From NCBI RefSeq assembly GCF_009914755.1, contig NC_060935.1: a stretch of DNA of 64,000 nt; one strand, 5' to 3'. A model generated the notes under the pieces. The model was not told the origin of the DNA and ran no database searches. It worked only from the letters and a program-made list of their open reading frames with translations. Positions 1-13,675 of this stretch are shown piece by piece. The stretch comes from the human T2T-CHM13v2.0 reference genome, Homo sapiens. Position 1 is the stretch's first letter. The number at the start of each line of letters is the position of its first letter. The translations under genes were made by a program, and so were the position numbers.

Positions 1-232
1 GCTCACTGCAAACTCCGCCTCCAGGGTTCAAGCGATTCTCCTGCTTCAGCCTCCAGAGTAGCTGGGATTACAGGTGCCTACCACCATGCCTGGCTAATTT
101 TTTGTATTTTTAGTAGAGATGGAGTTTCACAATGTTGGCCAGGCTGGTCTCAAACTCCTGACCTTAGGTGATCCACCCATCTCAGCCTCCCAAAGTGCTG
201 GGATTACAGGCATGATCCACCATGCCCGGGCC
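1..232 (-). mobile_element. Alu SINE (AluS-type), cut by the window start
   Basis: Antisense Alu text: ctcctgacctt-aggtgatccacc...cccaaagtgctgggattacaggc...cccgggcc. Confidence 0.95.
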
Positions 233-778
233 AAGCATTTGTTTTCATTCCTGGTTTACCAGTGCAAGTCTCCATTCCTAAAGATTCTGAGATAATTGGT
301 TTAAACTGGGACTTGAGCCTTGGTATTTTCAGCTTTAATATATAGCCAGAGTTTTAAAAAAATAAAAAAATAAAAAAACAAAATAAAAACACTGAATTAG
401 CTAATTTGAGAAGTTTTAGTGTTTTCTCACCGATCATTGAAAGAAGTTCCAGTTTTTTAATGTGACATTTCAAAAGCACTATGATTCCAAACACGTTTAA
501 AATCGTAATTCTTAGTGCATTCTCATATGGATACTTATCCAGCTGAACTACCTGTTATACTTGTATGTTACTTGACGTCTTCCATAAGTATACTTCTGCT
601 CATAATGTTTTCATTAGCAAGCTTGATATTACTGCCCTATCCTGACTTCTCTACTTGTCAAAATCCCAGTTAATAACATTCAAAACTTTTGTAATAATAA
701 ACTCAAATAAACTCAAACCCCAGCACTCAAATATTTGGGCAAAGGACATGGATACACATACATAAAAGATAAATTGCA

Positions 779-1074
779 ACTGGGTTCTGTGGCTCACTCC
801 TGTAATCCCAGCACTTTGGGAGGCTGAGGCAGGAGGATAGCTTGAGCCCAGGAGTTCGAGACCAGCCTGGGAAACATGGCAAAATCCCACCCTTATAAAA
901 AATACAAAAATTAGCTGGATGTAGTGACACGCGTCTGTAGTCCCAGCTACTCCTGAGACTGAGGTGGGAGGATTGCTTGATCCCAGGAGGCAGAGGCTAT
1001 AGGCAGCTGAGATTGTTCCATTGCCCTTTAGCCTGGTCAACAGAATGAGAATTTATCTCAAAAGAAAAAAAAAA
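779..1074 (+). mobile_element. Alu SINE (AluJ-type)
   Basis: gcaggaggatagcttgagcccaggagttcgagacc is AluJ-like; A-tail at about 1060-1074; TSD-like flanks aaaagataaattgc / aaaaggtaaattgc. Confidence 0.93.
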
Positions 1075-1299
1075 GGTAAATTGCTAATAGCTGAACATAA
1101 GAAAAAAATTACAAACTCAAATACAGATTTAAATGGCAATAGGATACTTATTTCAAATACAATCATTATTCTTTTAAAAAATAACATTTAGTTCTGGGAA
1201 AAAGCTTGTGAGACTAGCAACTGCATTTACTGCTACTGAAAATGTAACTTGTACTTTTGTTTTTGCCATATGTCGCAAAATGTAGTGAGAATCCTAAAA

Positions 1300-1585
1300 T
1301 CATTTTTAATATAGTAATTCCACTCATACAAATTTATCCTAAGGAAATGATCAGAAATTCAGACAAAGATTTATATGTAAAGATATTGAGCAAAGTGTTG
1401 TTTATCACAGCAAAACACTAGAAACAAATTAAACGTCCAATAGTAGGGGAATGACTATATAAATCATCCACATGTTAGACTGTCTGCATCCATTAGAAAT
1501 AATCTTTACAAAAAATGTAATGATGTGGAAAAAAAGGGATGATGCTTAAGTGAAAAATTATCTAACAACTTATATACATTATTAT
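1300..1585 (+). mobile_element. Old L1M (L1ME/MB-like) 3' fragment
   Basis: gtaattccactc...atttatcctaaggaaatgatcaga...gcaaaacactagaaacaa...aaacgtccaatagtagggga resembles the L1M ORF2 end/3' UTR. Confidence 0.7.
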
Positions 1586-1904
1586 TTGGGATGGACACTT
1601 ATTTCTTACTCTTGATGATTCCTTCCTTGCAGGAAATGGAGGGCACATCCATTAGCGTTACTTCTAGTCTTTTTTTCTTACTTTACGCATTTCACTCCTT
1701 GAAAGGAGTAACTTGACAGATGGGTGAGTTTGCACACTCAATTCTTCCTTCTGCTTTTCTATTTTCATATCTTTTTGGCTCAGAGAACCCACATTCTGGA
1801 CTTTTTCCTATATGTAAAGGATTTTCAATGGCAGTTCCTAAAATAGGGAGGTCCACAGTTGTCCAGCAGTTCTCGTCCCTGTGTGGGTAAACCTGCCAAA
1901 TTTT

Positions 1905-2115
1905 ATGTTCAAGTGTACTAGGTGATTTACATACATCACTTCATTTAATGTTTACAAAAGTTGGAAGTCACTATTTCCATTGTACAGATGGGGAAATTGA
2001 GGCTAAGCAACTCATTTGTTTATTCAGTGTCCCCAGTTGGAATATTGACTGAGAGAGTATTAGAATTTAGGTCTGACTGACTATACAAGACTTGTGCTTT
2101 TAATCATTTGTATCA
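1905..2115 (-). mobile_element. MIR
   Basis: MIR core ccattgtacagatggggaaattgaggct followed by atttaggtctgactgac. Confidence 0.8.
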
Positions 2116-3189
2116 CTGTCTCCCTGACAGAAGAGGCTGCTTCTCTTAAAACAAAGCAAAACAAAATAACAAAACCTAATGCAGCTCATAGAAAAGAAAC
2201 TGATTTCCAGGCACTTTTATTTTGTATTTTCTAGGAACCACCTGGTATAAGTTGAAGTGTCAAAAAATTACACAATAAATGTCCAATTTTCAGAGTGGGG
2301 CTCGAAACAGCAGAAGCCTTAGCTGAGTGGATGATCGTGTGAATGACTGGCCTTTTCATGCCTCTTCCCTGAGCTACCGCAAGTGCTCACACGGGAAGAG
2401 CACAATCTCCAGGAGCTTCTGCAGCAACTTCGCATTCTTCAGTAAGGTGTTCTCCTACAGCACATGCTGCCTTCAGAATTTCAGTAATTGCTCATAAATC
2501 CTACTAAGCTCCGGAAGCTTTTGGTCCATTTGTTCAGCTCTGGTGTGCTGTGGACGAATAAACCAGAGTGAGACCCCAGTACTTGGAATCAACTCTTGGG
2601 AATTAAACAGCCCAGTAAGATGCTGGTTTATTCCCATCAGATATGATGGCTTAGAGTAAACATACCTTGTATGATGGGCCGACATGCAATGCCTCATTTC
2701 TGGGAAAGCAGAAAGCACCTAGAGCCTTCCTCCATTGTGATATCAGTGGAGGTCAACAGAACACAGATCAGAGACTAAATACAGGAATAATTACAACTTT
2801 CCTTCATTGCCAAAAGAAATTGGTAATATGCTTGTTTGACTATAGCCCTGGGCTCAACACAGAGGCTCAAGAACTGGATAGTATTCTCATCACCTTAGAG
2901 TTTACAAAGGGAGTTTGCATCCTCAATGTCTTTGTTCTCCCATTGAGAAAATGGAGGGAGAGCTCCCAGGTAAAACAGAAGCCCTCCTATACCTTTTTGT
3001 ATGTCTTCCCATAGGTACTGAGAGGTAATGAACACTAAGCCACATTTTTCATCTCCCATCTTTTACTTGACACTGTGTATCCAGTTCCTGTTCTAGATGC
3101 AAAGTCTCACTGAAGTAGCATGATGACTACTTGTATTTTCTTTCTTTCCATCCATTCGCTAGATTTGCAACCTAAACCCATATAATCTC

Positions 3190-3552
3190 TGCTGTGCTCT
3201 GAATGTTTTTGTCCCTCCCTCAAAGTTGGTATGTTGAAATCCTAATTCCCAAGGCAATGGCTTTAAGAGGTGGCATCTTTGGGAGGGGATTGGGTCATGA
3301 AGTTGGAGTCTTCATAAGTGGGATTTGTTCCCCTATGAAAGAGGTCTAGAGAGAGTCCTCCACCCTTCCATCATGTGAGGTTATAGTGAGAAGACAGCTG
3401 TCTATGAGGAAGATGCCCTTACCTAGCTCCAAATCTGCTTGCACCTTGATCTAGGACTTCTCAGCCTCCAGAACTGTGAGGAATAAAGTTTTGTTGTTTA
3501 TAAGCTACCTAGTCTATGATATTTTGTTATAGCTGCCTGAAAGACTAAAATA
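3190..3552 (+). mobile_element. MaLR solo LTR (MLT1A/A0-like)
   Basis: Begins tgctgtgctctgaatg; contains ccttgatctaggacttctcagcctccagaactgtgag, AATAAA and gtttataagctacctagtctatgatattttgttatagc. Confidence 0.9.
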
Positions 3553-5194
3553 ATCCCTGAGAAAGTCTTTATAAAACATGACTTCCATCAAGCACGTCTT
3601 GTACTCATAAGCTATCACACACCCCAAGTCTACACATGTCAACTAGCATGCAAGATTGAAAAGTCATGTATAGATATGCGTTATAACCAAGCTTGATTTC
3701 TGGCTATTGTTTAATAAAAAGTTTCCCAGCAAAGCTAGATTTTTGATTGTCTTCTAAGGATAACAAGCTGGGTTTCTTTTCTCCCTCTCTTTTTCTTTCT
3801 CTATATTTATATCTATATCTACATCTATATAGTCATCAAATTAGACTCCCTTCTCTCATTCTCCATATCCGTTTATATTCCATCCCACTTACTATCTCAA
3901 CCTTAGTAAGAAGAAGAACTAAGAAGAACTACCTTATGGAACTATTTCATACTTAATGGTAAGCATAAAGATCTTTAGTCTTTGGGAAGAAATGCCCTGT
4001 GCTTCACAGGATGGTTTAAATGATGTACAAACACTAGCCCAAGGCAGTGTTCTTTATTATCTCCCAACAGGAAAAGAATAATTAGAATAGTCAATCTCCA
4101 TAATTCAGGAGAGAGGGATGACTATAAGGAAGGGTGGCATGGCAGGCTTCTCATGATTCCAGGGTAGATATTCACGGGGAATCAGAAATAGATAGTTTTC
4201 CAAAAACACATAAAATTCGTTGACTTTTACCTTTCTCCTGGTTAACATGAGACTAAATGATGCAATCAGAGCAAAACTGAATATATGTATCTTTAATAAT
4301 TTTGGAGTTCAGGATATAAAATTATTTGAAAAAAGGAAATAACTGGATAATAAGTGTTGCTTTTTCTACTCCATTTCCAATTGGAAGCTGTCAATTTGGC
4401 AGGGAAAGTAAGATATGAGTAGGGAACAGCTGGCTGTATAGATGGTGTCAAAGCAAGATTTGTTTTTCTGGACCATGGCTTTCCAGAACAAAGAGTTCCT
4501 GGCAAGATACGGTGTTCATATTACAGGAGACGTGGGAGGAGAGTTACTGACCTGACCAAAGAGCTTTAAAATGAAATTTGTGGAAGAAAGTGAAAAATGC
4601 CCAGAAAAAACTGCAAAACTAGATGCCCCTGAGGATAATGATGACAGAGAGAAGCATCATGATGCAGTCTCTATTCTCTTATTTTTAGGAGAAAATAGGA
4701 GGGCAGGAGATCAAGATGCTTTGGCCCTAGATGTCCATATTCCAATGCAGGTCAGCCCCCTGCCCTGTTCCCTTTCATCTGCTCTCTGCCAGCTCCTGCC
4801 TCTCAGCCTAATGGTGTGCTTTGGCTTTAGAGTCAGATAGACCGTTTGGGCTCCTGATTTAATTCTGATCTGGGCAGATGCAAGTAATACACCCAAGACA
4901 CCTCAGCCTTGACCAAAGGCATGCTATGCCTGGGGGGCCTGCCACCACTAACAGGATTCTAAGTGTATCCGCTTCAGCTCTTCTTCCCTGTCGATAAGGC
5001 TGCGGTCTGAAGTGATACACAGGGAGAATTCGTAATCTGCACAGACATCAGTTGTACCCGTGCCTTAGCTCTGATCTTTTGAACTGAGCTTCTGCCTTGA
5101 TTACCTTCTTTTAAACATGTCTGCTTGACTCATGTAATACTTCAGGTTTTTAAAATCAGAGATAGGTCCTAAATTCTGGAAAGTGACTAAACCA

Positions 5195-5410
5195 CTATGG
5201 TGCAAATGTTAAGATTAAGGGATTGGAGGTCAGACAAACTAAGATGGAATCCTACTCATACTGATTTGCTGATCTCTGTAAGTGTCCATTTCCTCCTTTA
5301 TAAAATGTAAATTATTACAGTGCTTATGAATCTAAAAGAAGTGAAAACGTGTAATAGCTTCATTCATTGCCTAACTCATAATGACCCAATACTTGTTTGT
5401 TGTTATTCAT
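5195..5410 (+). mobile_element. MIR fragment
   Basis: ggaggtcagacaaactaagatggaatcc...atttcctcctttataaaatg. Confidence 0.6.
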
Positions 5411-6840
5411 TTTATTATTCTTTTCATTATTAATATTATTTTGTTAATTTAATGTTCTGCCAAGTATCTTTTGTTAGAGGAGATCAGATGCCGGAAACCC
5501 AGACACGTGTGTATGAACCTCTTGTTGCTTCTCAAAGCCCCATCAACTGGCACACTGGCCTGCCACTTAGAATTTGCCCCTCAGGTGACCTTCCTGCCAT
5601 AAGACATTCTATATTGCTGACCACTAGATACATTCCAATTTTAACATTGTGCAGAGAGTTACGGCCCAAGCTTGTCAACTCAGGTTGAACCACCCAGAAT
5701 TTCCCTACCTCCTTCTAAGCAGGTCTCTACCCACACTCAGCATCTTTCTTGACTCCGCCAGCCTCATTATGTCAGCTTACTAGCAAGAAGACAAAACAAA
5801 ACAAATCAATGGAATGCTTTCCCACAAGACAAAAGATACCCTTTCATATCCATCCCTGAGGTTTTAATTGGATGATATTAATGACTAGAATGTGGCAAGG
5901 AAAGGAAATCTTATTTGGAAAGGAAAAAAAAAATCACGTTAAGGGTATCAAGATTTATTTTCCAATACTTGAAGACTTTGTCTTGGAGACTTAGTAGTAT
6001 ATTTGTTTTGTGTTATTTCAGCCAGCAGATGTAGGAGCAATGACGAAAAATTATAGGGAGGCAAATGTCAACAAATTAAAGGTGAGCTTTCTAACAATTA
6101 GAATTGTTGAAAAATAGAGTGAGGTGGCTCAAAATCTTTGCCTTTTTTCAAGATTCAAGCAACAATAACAACTACACAAAATAATTTCATGCTAATAATT
6201 AATTACTTATCCTTGAGTTTATGGTTCGTTTAACAGCATGACCTCCACATTTTGTCTTCTATGCCCAACTCTGGGCCTTTCACACTCCAAAAATAGTTAT
6301 TTTTAGATCTGAATGCACTCCTCATACAAATGAAAGCTACAGACACAAAAATAAATGTAGATACAACAGAAGCCAATAGAATACAGGCCAAAATGTTAGA
6401 AGAATATACCAAACCCCAAATGGACACCGAGCTTTCTTCAAAACCTCCAAAAAATACCCCTGTCCCCCTCACTACTCTGGGTTTTAAATTCCTTTTTTTC
6501 ACCTAATCTCGGGACATGGATGAGATTGGTCTATTTAGGGGAGTAGGTAACAGATGTTTTGAGACCTAAAGCCAGATCCACCCACTTGGTGAGACAGCTG
6601 CTGGGGGAAGAAGGTCGGTGCAGCAGACAGAGCTCTGTGCCCTAAGGTCAGGCTACAGCAGAGCATTCTTCTGGCCCAGGCCTCAGTAACAAGCCTAGTG
6701 CAGAACTGGCTTAGGGCTGGCTAACAGTGAGTCTCAGCCTGCAATAAGGGACTTCTGAAATGGGCAGCATTCAGAAGTCAACATGCGAGAAATTCTGGTA
6801 CCTGGCACCATCCTGCTCCTCTCCAGCCGATGAGATGTGG

Positions 6841-7334
6841 TGTTAAAGAAAAAACAAAAAACAAACAAAAACACTCAATGATATTTGTTAAAGCACAGTA
6901 AGGCAGACTTTATTCCGGATCACTGTGATAAGTATAGGGACGACAGCAATGGGATTTTGTAAATGGAAAAGAAAGACTGGGTTCAACTCCAGTGTAACAT
7001 TGGCAGAGAGGAATTTAAAACCAAGGAGCAGGGTGGGGGTCAGCAGGTGGAAAATCATGAAGAGGAAACAGGTGAGGTAGGTGGGTTCTGCCTAAGCTGA
7101 CCAAACAGAATTCTTGCTGGAGATAGGTCAGAGGGACCAGACGTCACGTAGGGGGCGGTGGAGAATGAGGAACCGAGCAGGTACCGAGGATGATCTGTAA
7201 AGGCGGGTGGGGGGATGTTACTAAACTGACTTCGGTTGTTTGTTAAAGTTGGATTTTATAAGGAAGTACACAGAGGACCCAGAAGAAGTTTCAGAAGATG
7301 GACTGAGTTTTGACCAAGCAAAGAATCTTTAGCA
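6841..7334 (-). mobile_element. ERV1-class solo LTR (MER31/MER67 family)
   Basis: Minus strand runs tgctaaagattctttgcttggtcaaaactcag ... aataaagtctgccttac ... tttctttaaca, with TG...CA ends; subfamily from recall. Confidence 0.8.
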
Positions 7335-8394
7335 GTGGTTTAAGGAAAGAACTCAGTCTCCAGAAAAGAAATTGAAAATTAAGCAAGGTAAGGACTCAGA
7401 CCCATAGAGACAGGGCAGTTAGGGAGGTTGTAGCAACACAGAATCAGGTACAGTGCTCAAAAGGCAAAAAGCCAATAGCCTTTATAACTAGATGCAAGGT
7501 TTGGGTGAGGAGCTGGGGCGGGCTTGGGTTTGAGAAATAAGGTAGAATCCCAGTTATCAGAATCCAGAACTGAACACAGATATGCAGTGGTTTCCCCAAG
7601 TCTCATTCTCTCCCTGTTTCAGGTCCTCATAGATAATCTCCCACCTTTTTCTTCTCTTTGTTATAGAAATAGATGTAGAAGCATATGCAATTCTTCCAAG
7701 TTTTTCTGACCCCATGCTTTCCTACAGCAGGTGTTAGTGAAAACATCCTGAAGAGGGGTGGAGTTGATTAAACAGAGGCAGCTGATGCCTGTGACGCTGA
7801 CTGACTGAGTGCTCCTCATTTCCTCTGGGTCTTCAGGCATTTTCTGAAACAGAATTGAGTACAGTCAGAGAAGGGCCACTTCAGTGATCAAGGAGGTAGA
7901 AAGATTGACAATGAGAAGAAACGTGTTATACATGAAGGATACAGAAATAGGTATATGGGAACTGTTGTCACGGCTTCTTGGGTGGAGAAGAACTAGAGCC
8001 CTCCTTTGAAGCAATGAAGAGGCAATTTCGCAGTAAAAGGAAAATGTAGTGCACGGGAGGAAGCAAACTTGTGGAATTCAGTCCCACAAAAGGTGGAACA
8101 GGTTAAGAATGTTAAAGGATTAGCTAGGGTGAGATCAACTCATTGTTTGGTTATGGATGGAAATGAGGTTTGGGCGGGGGGTGGGTGCAGGGGGCGGGCG
8201 TTCATACTTAATCACATGATCCTGTCCTTGAGAGACAAAATACTGTTGATTGGTCCCAGGGCTGATGCAGATCCAGTCTTTGAGGGCCTTTGTCATTGGC
8301 ATTGGAAAGAGCAGCTAGCCCCACAAATGTCTGTGCTATACCCAGCACCACCCCAATTAACGAAGTAGTTTAGAAGTTCAGAGGGAGGGAATGT

Positions 8395-8645
8395 AGAGTT
8401 ATGTCTAAGAACATGGTTTCTGCAATTGGAATTGTTCAATTTCCTATCAAGGTTCTAACGCATATCACAAATGTGATCTTGGGCAAGTTATTTAACCTCT
8501 CTGTTTCACTTCCCTGTGTGTAAGACAAAGATAATAATAGTACTTACCAATAGATTGGTTGTGAAGATTAAATGAGCAATCTCACATAAAGACTATCACA
8601 GTGTCCAGGACGTAAGCATTCCATCAATGCTGTTAGTTGCTATTG
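8395..8645 (+). mobile_element. MIR, near full length
   Basis: tgtgatcttgggcaagttatttaacctctctgtttc...gttgtgaagattaaatgag. Confidence 0.88.
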
Positions 8646-9273
8646 TTGTGCTTGTTATAACTAAGATTGGGTCAGGTACTGGAAGTCAAGGCTAAGTCAG
8701 AGGCAGAAAGAGAGATCTAGTATTTCCCAGCTCCCACCTCCAAAAATAGTTTCCAGGCTAGCCTCCAGGATCACTGCCTCTTTGGTGAGGACCACTGTAA
8801 GTCGTCTGTAGCATATAGAAAACTCAGACTGAAAACACCTTGCTAAAGGGGGCCTTATAAGCAGTGTTAGTTACATGGTTTTTCCAGTCTGGGTACCAGA
8901 ATCTTGAGGCTTAAGAGTCAGAAAGGATCAACCCATTTCAGAGAGTTACCTTTAAAGCTACCTAAAGTTTACGAACATACACAAAAGGATTTTATGAGAA
9001 AGTACAAGCCAACGCTGAGGCCTAAGGACAACATATATTTTCCTATACATTTAATTTAGGCATAAACCTGTCCCATAAAGTGTAAGTTTCACGGAGCACT
9101 TTGCTCACAATTTCCAATTTCCTTCTCTAGCCACACCCTCAACCCTAAGGGGACAGCCTCCGTCCGGCCTGCCTGGAGCCTGCTCCTTTCAGATTACTCC
9201 CTATAGTCTTCTTGCCGTGGTTACTTCCTGAGGCTGTCATTCTGATCACTCTCTGCAGATGGTTCTTTGTCCG

Positions 9274-9837
<564 letters not shown>

Positions 9838-9879
9838 AATATAAAGATATTTGCACAAAGATCACTCGGAGGAGATAAA

Positions 9880-10325
9880 ACTGATGATAGAAAGAGGATA
9901 GCACCTACTGAGTGCTGTGTGGGCCAATGTTTTACAGGCATGCTTCATAAAGATTCGATTTTATATCACCAGTGTAGCATAGTAATTGCATAGTGTGATC
10001 CATGGATCCTGACTCCTGAGATATTACAATCTTTATGCCAGTTTTCTTGTTTGTAAGTGAGGATAAAAGTTCCTTGTAGAGAGTATGTGGTATGTGGGTA
10101 TGTGTGTGTGTGCGTGTCTGTGTGTGTTGGTCTGTAGTGTTTAGAACAGAGCATAAAATGTGCTATTCAAATATTTGCTATCATTATTTATGTTTACAGA
10201 AGCCTTATGACACAGGCACTATTATTATTGATGAGGACATAGAAGTTCAGAGAGGATAGGTAATAAGTGCCTTGCCCATAGAAATACATAGCAGAATTAA
10301 ATTATAACCGAGGTTTGTCTAATAT
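9880..10325. mobile_element. MIR fragments in both orientations, with a (TG)n-rich tract
   Basis: Antisense MIR pieces (gcacctactgagtgc; gatgaggacatagaagttcagagagg) flank a sense MIR-like piece (cagttttcttgtttgtaagtgaggataa). Confidence 0.5.
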
Positions 10326-10633
10326 GAATTTAGTACTCTTGCTCCCTTGTCTCTCTCAGCTCTCCCTCCCGCTATACCCCCACCCCACCTCAACTCCTTA
10401 CCACTCAATTATTTACAAGGCTTATTTACTTCAATATGCTCTGCCTGTCTTTCTAATATGTGTTCTGCATTCTCGTTTAGCCTCCCACTTTGCAAGGCTC
10501 TGTTTCAAACTCCTTCAGGTGGGTATCGATGTCTAGTTTTGAGGAATTAAAACAACACTTAAAGTGTTGTTAGTGTTTAAAACACTAAGCACAGTGTCTG
10601 CATGTAGTCAAAATGCAATAAATGTTGGCTATT

Positions 10634-10992
10634 TGTTTTGGTCAGTTTAGTCTGCTATAACAGAATGCCATAGACTAGGTGGCTTCACCAATAAACATTT
10701 ACTTCTCACAGTGCTGGAAGCTGGGAAGTTCAAGGTGAAGGAGCCAGCAGAGATGGTTTCAGGTGAGGGTCCACTTCCTGCTTCACAGGCAGCTATCTGT
10801 CTTCTCACTGTGTCCTCACAAGGCAGAAACAGTGAGAGAAAGCTCTCTGGGGTCTCTTTTATAAGAAAATTAATCCCATTTATGAGGGCTCCACCCCAAG
10901 ACCTAAATCACCTGCCAAAAATCTCACCTTCTTTAGGAGCTAAGATTTCAGCATGTGCATTTTGGGGAGACACAAACATTCAGCCCATAATA
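10634..10992 (-). mobile_element. MaLR solo LTR (MLT1A0-like)
   Basis: tgctataacagaatgccatagactaggtggctt...tctcacagtgctggaagctgggaagttcaagg...ggggagacacaaacattcag. Confidence 0.9.
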
Positions 10993-11259
10993 CTACTGCT
11001 ACTGAGATGACCCTCCAGTGGGAGGGAAATGCAAAGCAGATGACACTTTTAGTGTAATATGATTAACCTCTATTCTTGGCAGTAGCTTCTCCTTCCATGA
11101 CCAATAATCATATTTGTTGCAGTTAGATTCCATGAAGCTTCCCAGTCTCCTATACTTGCGGCTATATACTTAGCTATACAGTGCTAAATAGGTGTATAAG
11201 ACAATACTGGTATACTGAACTAGACCAGAGAAAATACAGACTTCATTTCTGCTGGGCAT

Positions 11260-11727
11260 TGTGGCAGACCCTGTTTATTGGTTGATACTACATTTCTAAC
11301 CTCCTTCTCCCTTTTCTCCTCCCATACTGAAGTGGGGAAATTAAAGCAATGTCCCCCAGACTCCCTTGCAGCTAGAGATGGCTTAGTCCTTTAACACTGC
11401 TCTGATGTATGAAATTCAAGTAAAAGTCTCCTGGCAGCAATAGGAAGGCTTTTAGCTCTCCCAGTAAAAAGGAAAGGCACAGCTACCACTGCTCTGCTTT
11501 CGTCTGAAGGTGAATGCTGCATTTGAAGATGCCATCACAGTCTTGCCCCATAGGGGAAAGATGACAGGAATCACAGAGACAGCAGCCCTGACCTGTGGAG
11601 CTTCTGAGCCAATGCCAGCAAAACCCTCATCCAGATTCCTATGTGAGGAAATGAGATCTCTATTTGCTTAAGACACTAAACTGGGTTTTCCATTATTTGT
11701 AGCCAAATGCTTTTCTACCAGATATAG
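11260..11727 (+). mobile_element. Old MaLR LTR (MLT1I/J/K-like)
   Basis: tgtggcagacc start; cccagactcccttgcagctagagatggc; tttgcttaagacact...gggttttccattatttgtagccaaatgc end. Confidence 0.75.
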
Positions 11728-11879
11728 ACATAGGATATGCATTTTCTTAGTCCGGGGAAAAGGCAGTGAGCTGGGAAGCATATATATAGAGGGTGAATTC
11801 CTTTCTCCTGTGCAATAAAGAGGCAGGGGACAGACAGGAAGAATCCAACAGTTTTTAAGTTTTTAGCAGACATAGAGTC

Positions 11880-12060
11880 ATTTTACCATGTGGCTTCACT
11901 TACCCCTCAAGAACCCTGTGGTGTTAGGCATGATTTTCTCCCTTTAACAGACGAGAAAAGTGAGGCACACTGAGGTAGTAGGACCTGCTCAAAATCACTC
12001 AACTAGTAAGTGGTACAGCCAGAATCAGAATTGAAGATTAAACAATGCTGAAGTTTGTGC
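11880..12060 (-). mobile_element. MIR
   Basis: ctttaacagacgagaaaagtgaggcacactgagg...aactagtaagtggtacagccagaatc. Confidence 0.8.
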
Positions 12061-13675
12061 ACAAAAGATGCTTTTCCCACTATATCAGAATAAATGCCTT
12101 AATCCCAACAGATGGGAAACAATCAGCTTGCTGAAATATATGAACCTAAATGACTACCACTATCAGAATTGGGAAGAAAGAGACAGCTCTCATCTCAGGT
12201 TCATGTTTGCTCCCCATATTCCTTCAATGAACTGTATGAAATCTGGGGATTTGTATCATCCTGAATAGAAGCAAGTTTTTCCCAGCTCACTCTGCTGTCC
12301 TCAGAACCATTTTTCCATCCCTCCTCCCTTGGAGTTCTTGCTGAAAACTATTCTTCCTGGTACCTCCAGTAGATATGCTCTTCTCTGATAAACAGAATGC
12401 ATATACCTAGAAGCTTCATACACAGATTTCCTAACAGCCTCAAAAAAAAAATGATTTTGACAGCTAAGTGATGTCAACCAACTGAGAAATGCAAAATAGA
12501 ACACAAAGAAAAAACCCAAGGGATGCAGTGCCTGAAGAATCACACCAGTTTCATTAAACCCCAGCAAGTGTCTGAGAATGACAGGCAAGGGGCCCATGTC
12601 CAGATAACTCTTGCTACTCCTCCCAGATGACCAATCGGCATCCTCTTCTGGGCAACAGGTGCTCAAAAGAGAAAGAGGATCACAGATCCCTGAGTTCCTA
12701 CTTTGGGGGAAGGATGATCATTTTAGCTAGGGCTCTGCAGAATTGCAATAGGTGTGTGGTGATGGGGCTTGGCTGTGGGCAGAGTTGGAGATGTCGGACA
12801 CTGGTGAGAAAGGGGGGACAGTGCCCTCATGAAGCTCAAATCCAAGCAGAGTCTGCCAGAAACTAATTGGAGGCTGACAGCTTTCAATGTCATCCGGAGC
12901 CCAGGGTGAGTTCTGCAGTTGTACTTGCCAGAATGCCAGAATGCACCCTTCAGAAGGCAGCTGGCCACCAGCTCTGTGCCTTCTCTTTTGTGAGTCCCTG
13001 GATTTCGCACAAGGCCTCTCTCAGGCCTCGCGTCTGGAGCAGAGCTGCACTTTACTCCCATCTGGCACCGTGTTGTTTCCCATGGACCGGGCTTGGCGGA
13101 ATCCCAGCTTGGCTTTGGGGATAACTTCTCACTTCAGTAGTCCAAGGACCAGTCTCCAAGAAGCGATTGTGGAAAGTACAAAAAACAGAAAGAGATTGAG
13201 TGTGAAAGCTTCAATAATACAAAGCATTTTGAAGCGGAGTTCAAAGATTCTGCCTGTGTCAACCAGATTTGGTCACCCCAGCAGCTCCATAAATGTGTGG
13301 ATTTCTAAGTCAACTTCCTGGGTCCCCACTGACAGCCTGGCAGTTGCCTCCTTCATACACTGAGTTTTTGTCCTGGCATGGAAGCAAATAATCTTAAAAG
13401 TGGCAAGGCCTTCCTCAGCCATCTCTCATCTAATCGGGGAAAGCCTTCTACCAAGTTCGCAGTAAGACACCCAGCTGGAGCAGGAATACCTTCAATAGTA
13501 AGAGGGCTTAAAGAAGGGCTAGAGAAATGCCCTAATAATAGACGGCATTGAGGGTGGGGCCAGCACTGCACTGAGCTTTTATTCTTCATATCATAACACG
13601 GAGAAAAGCACTAGGCAAAGTAGGGATAAGGCGCAGGCATTGTTACCTAGTAATGGATCTTATGTGGCTACAAGT

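Noticed and set aside
651-1040. ORFs overlapping Alus (also 9481-9740, 21542-21772, 41055-41444, 58055-58465)
   Set aside because: These are the usual Alu-derived translations (e.g. [23 protein letters not shown]), not genes.
1633-1723. Plus-strand exon-like interval (ttccttccttgcag ... gatgg|gtgagt) and isolated plus-strand acceptors near 31530, 38373 and 50600
   Set aside because: No coding signal or consistent partner sites; expected by chance at this frequency.
12627-13589. Cluster of overlapping 80-160 aa ORFs in unique sequence
   Set aside because: No recognisable domain or exon structure; overlapping frames on both strands suggest chance ORFs.
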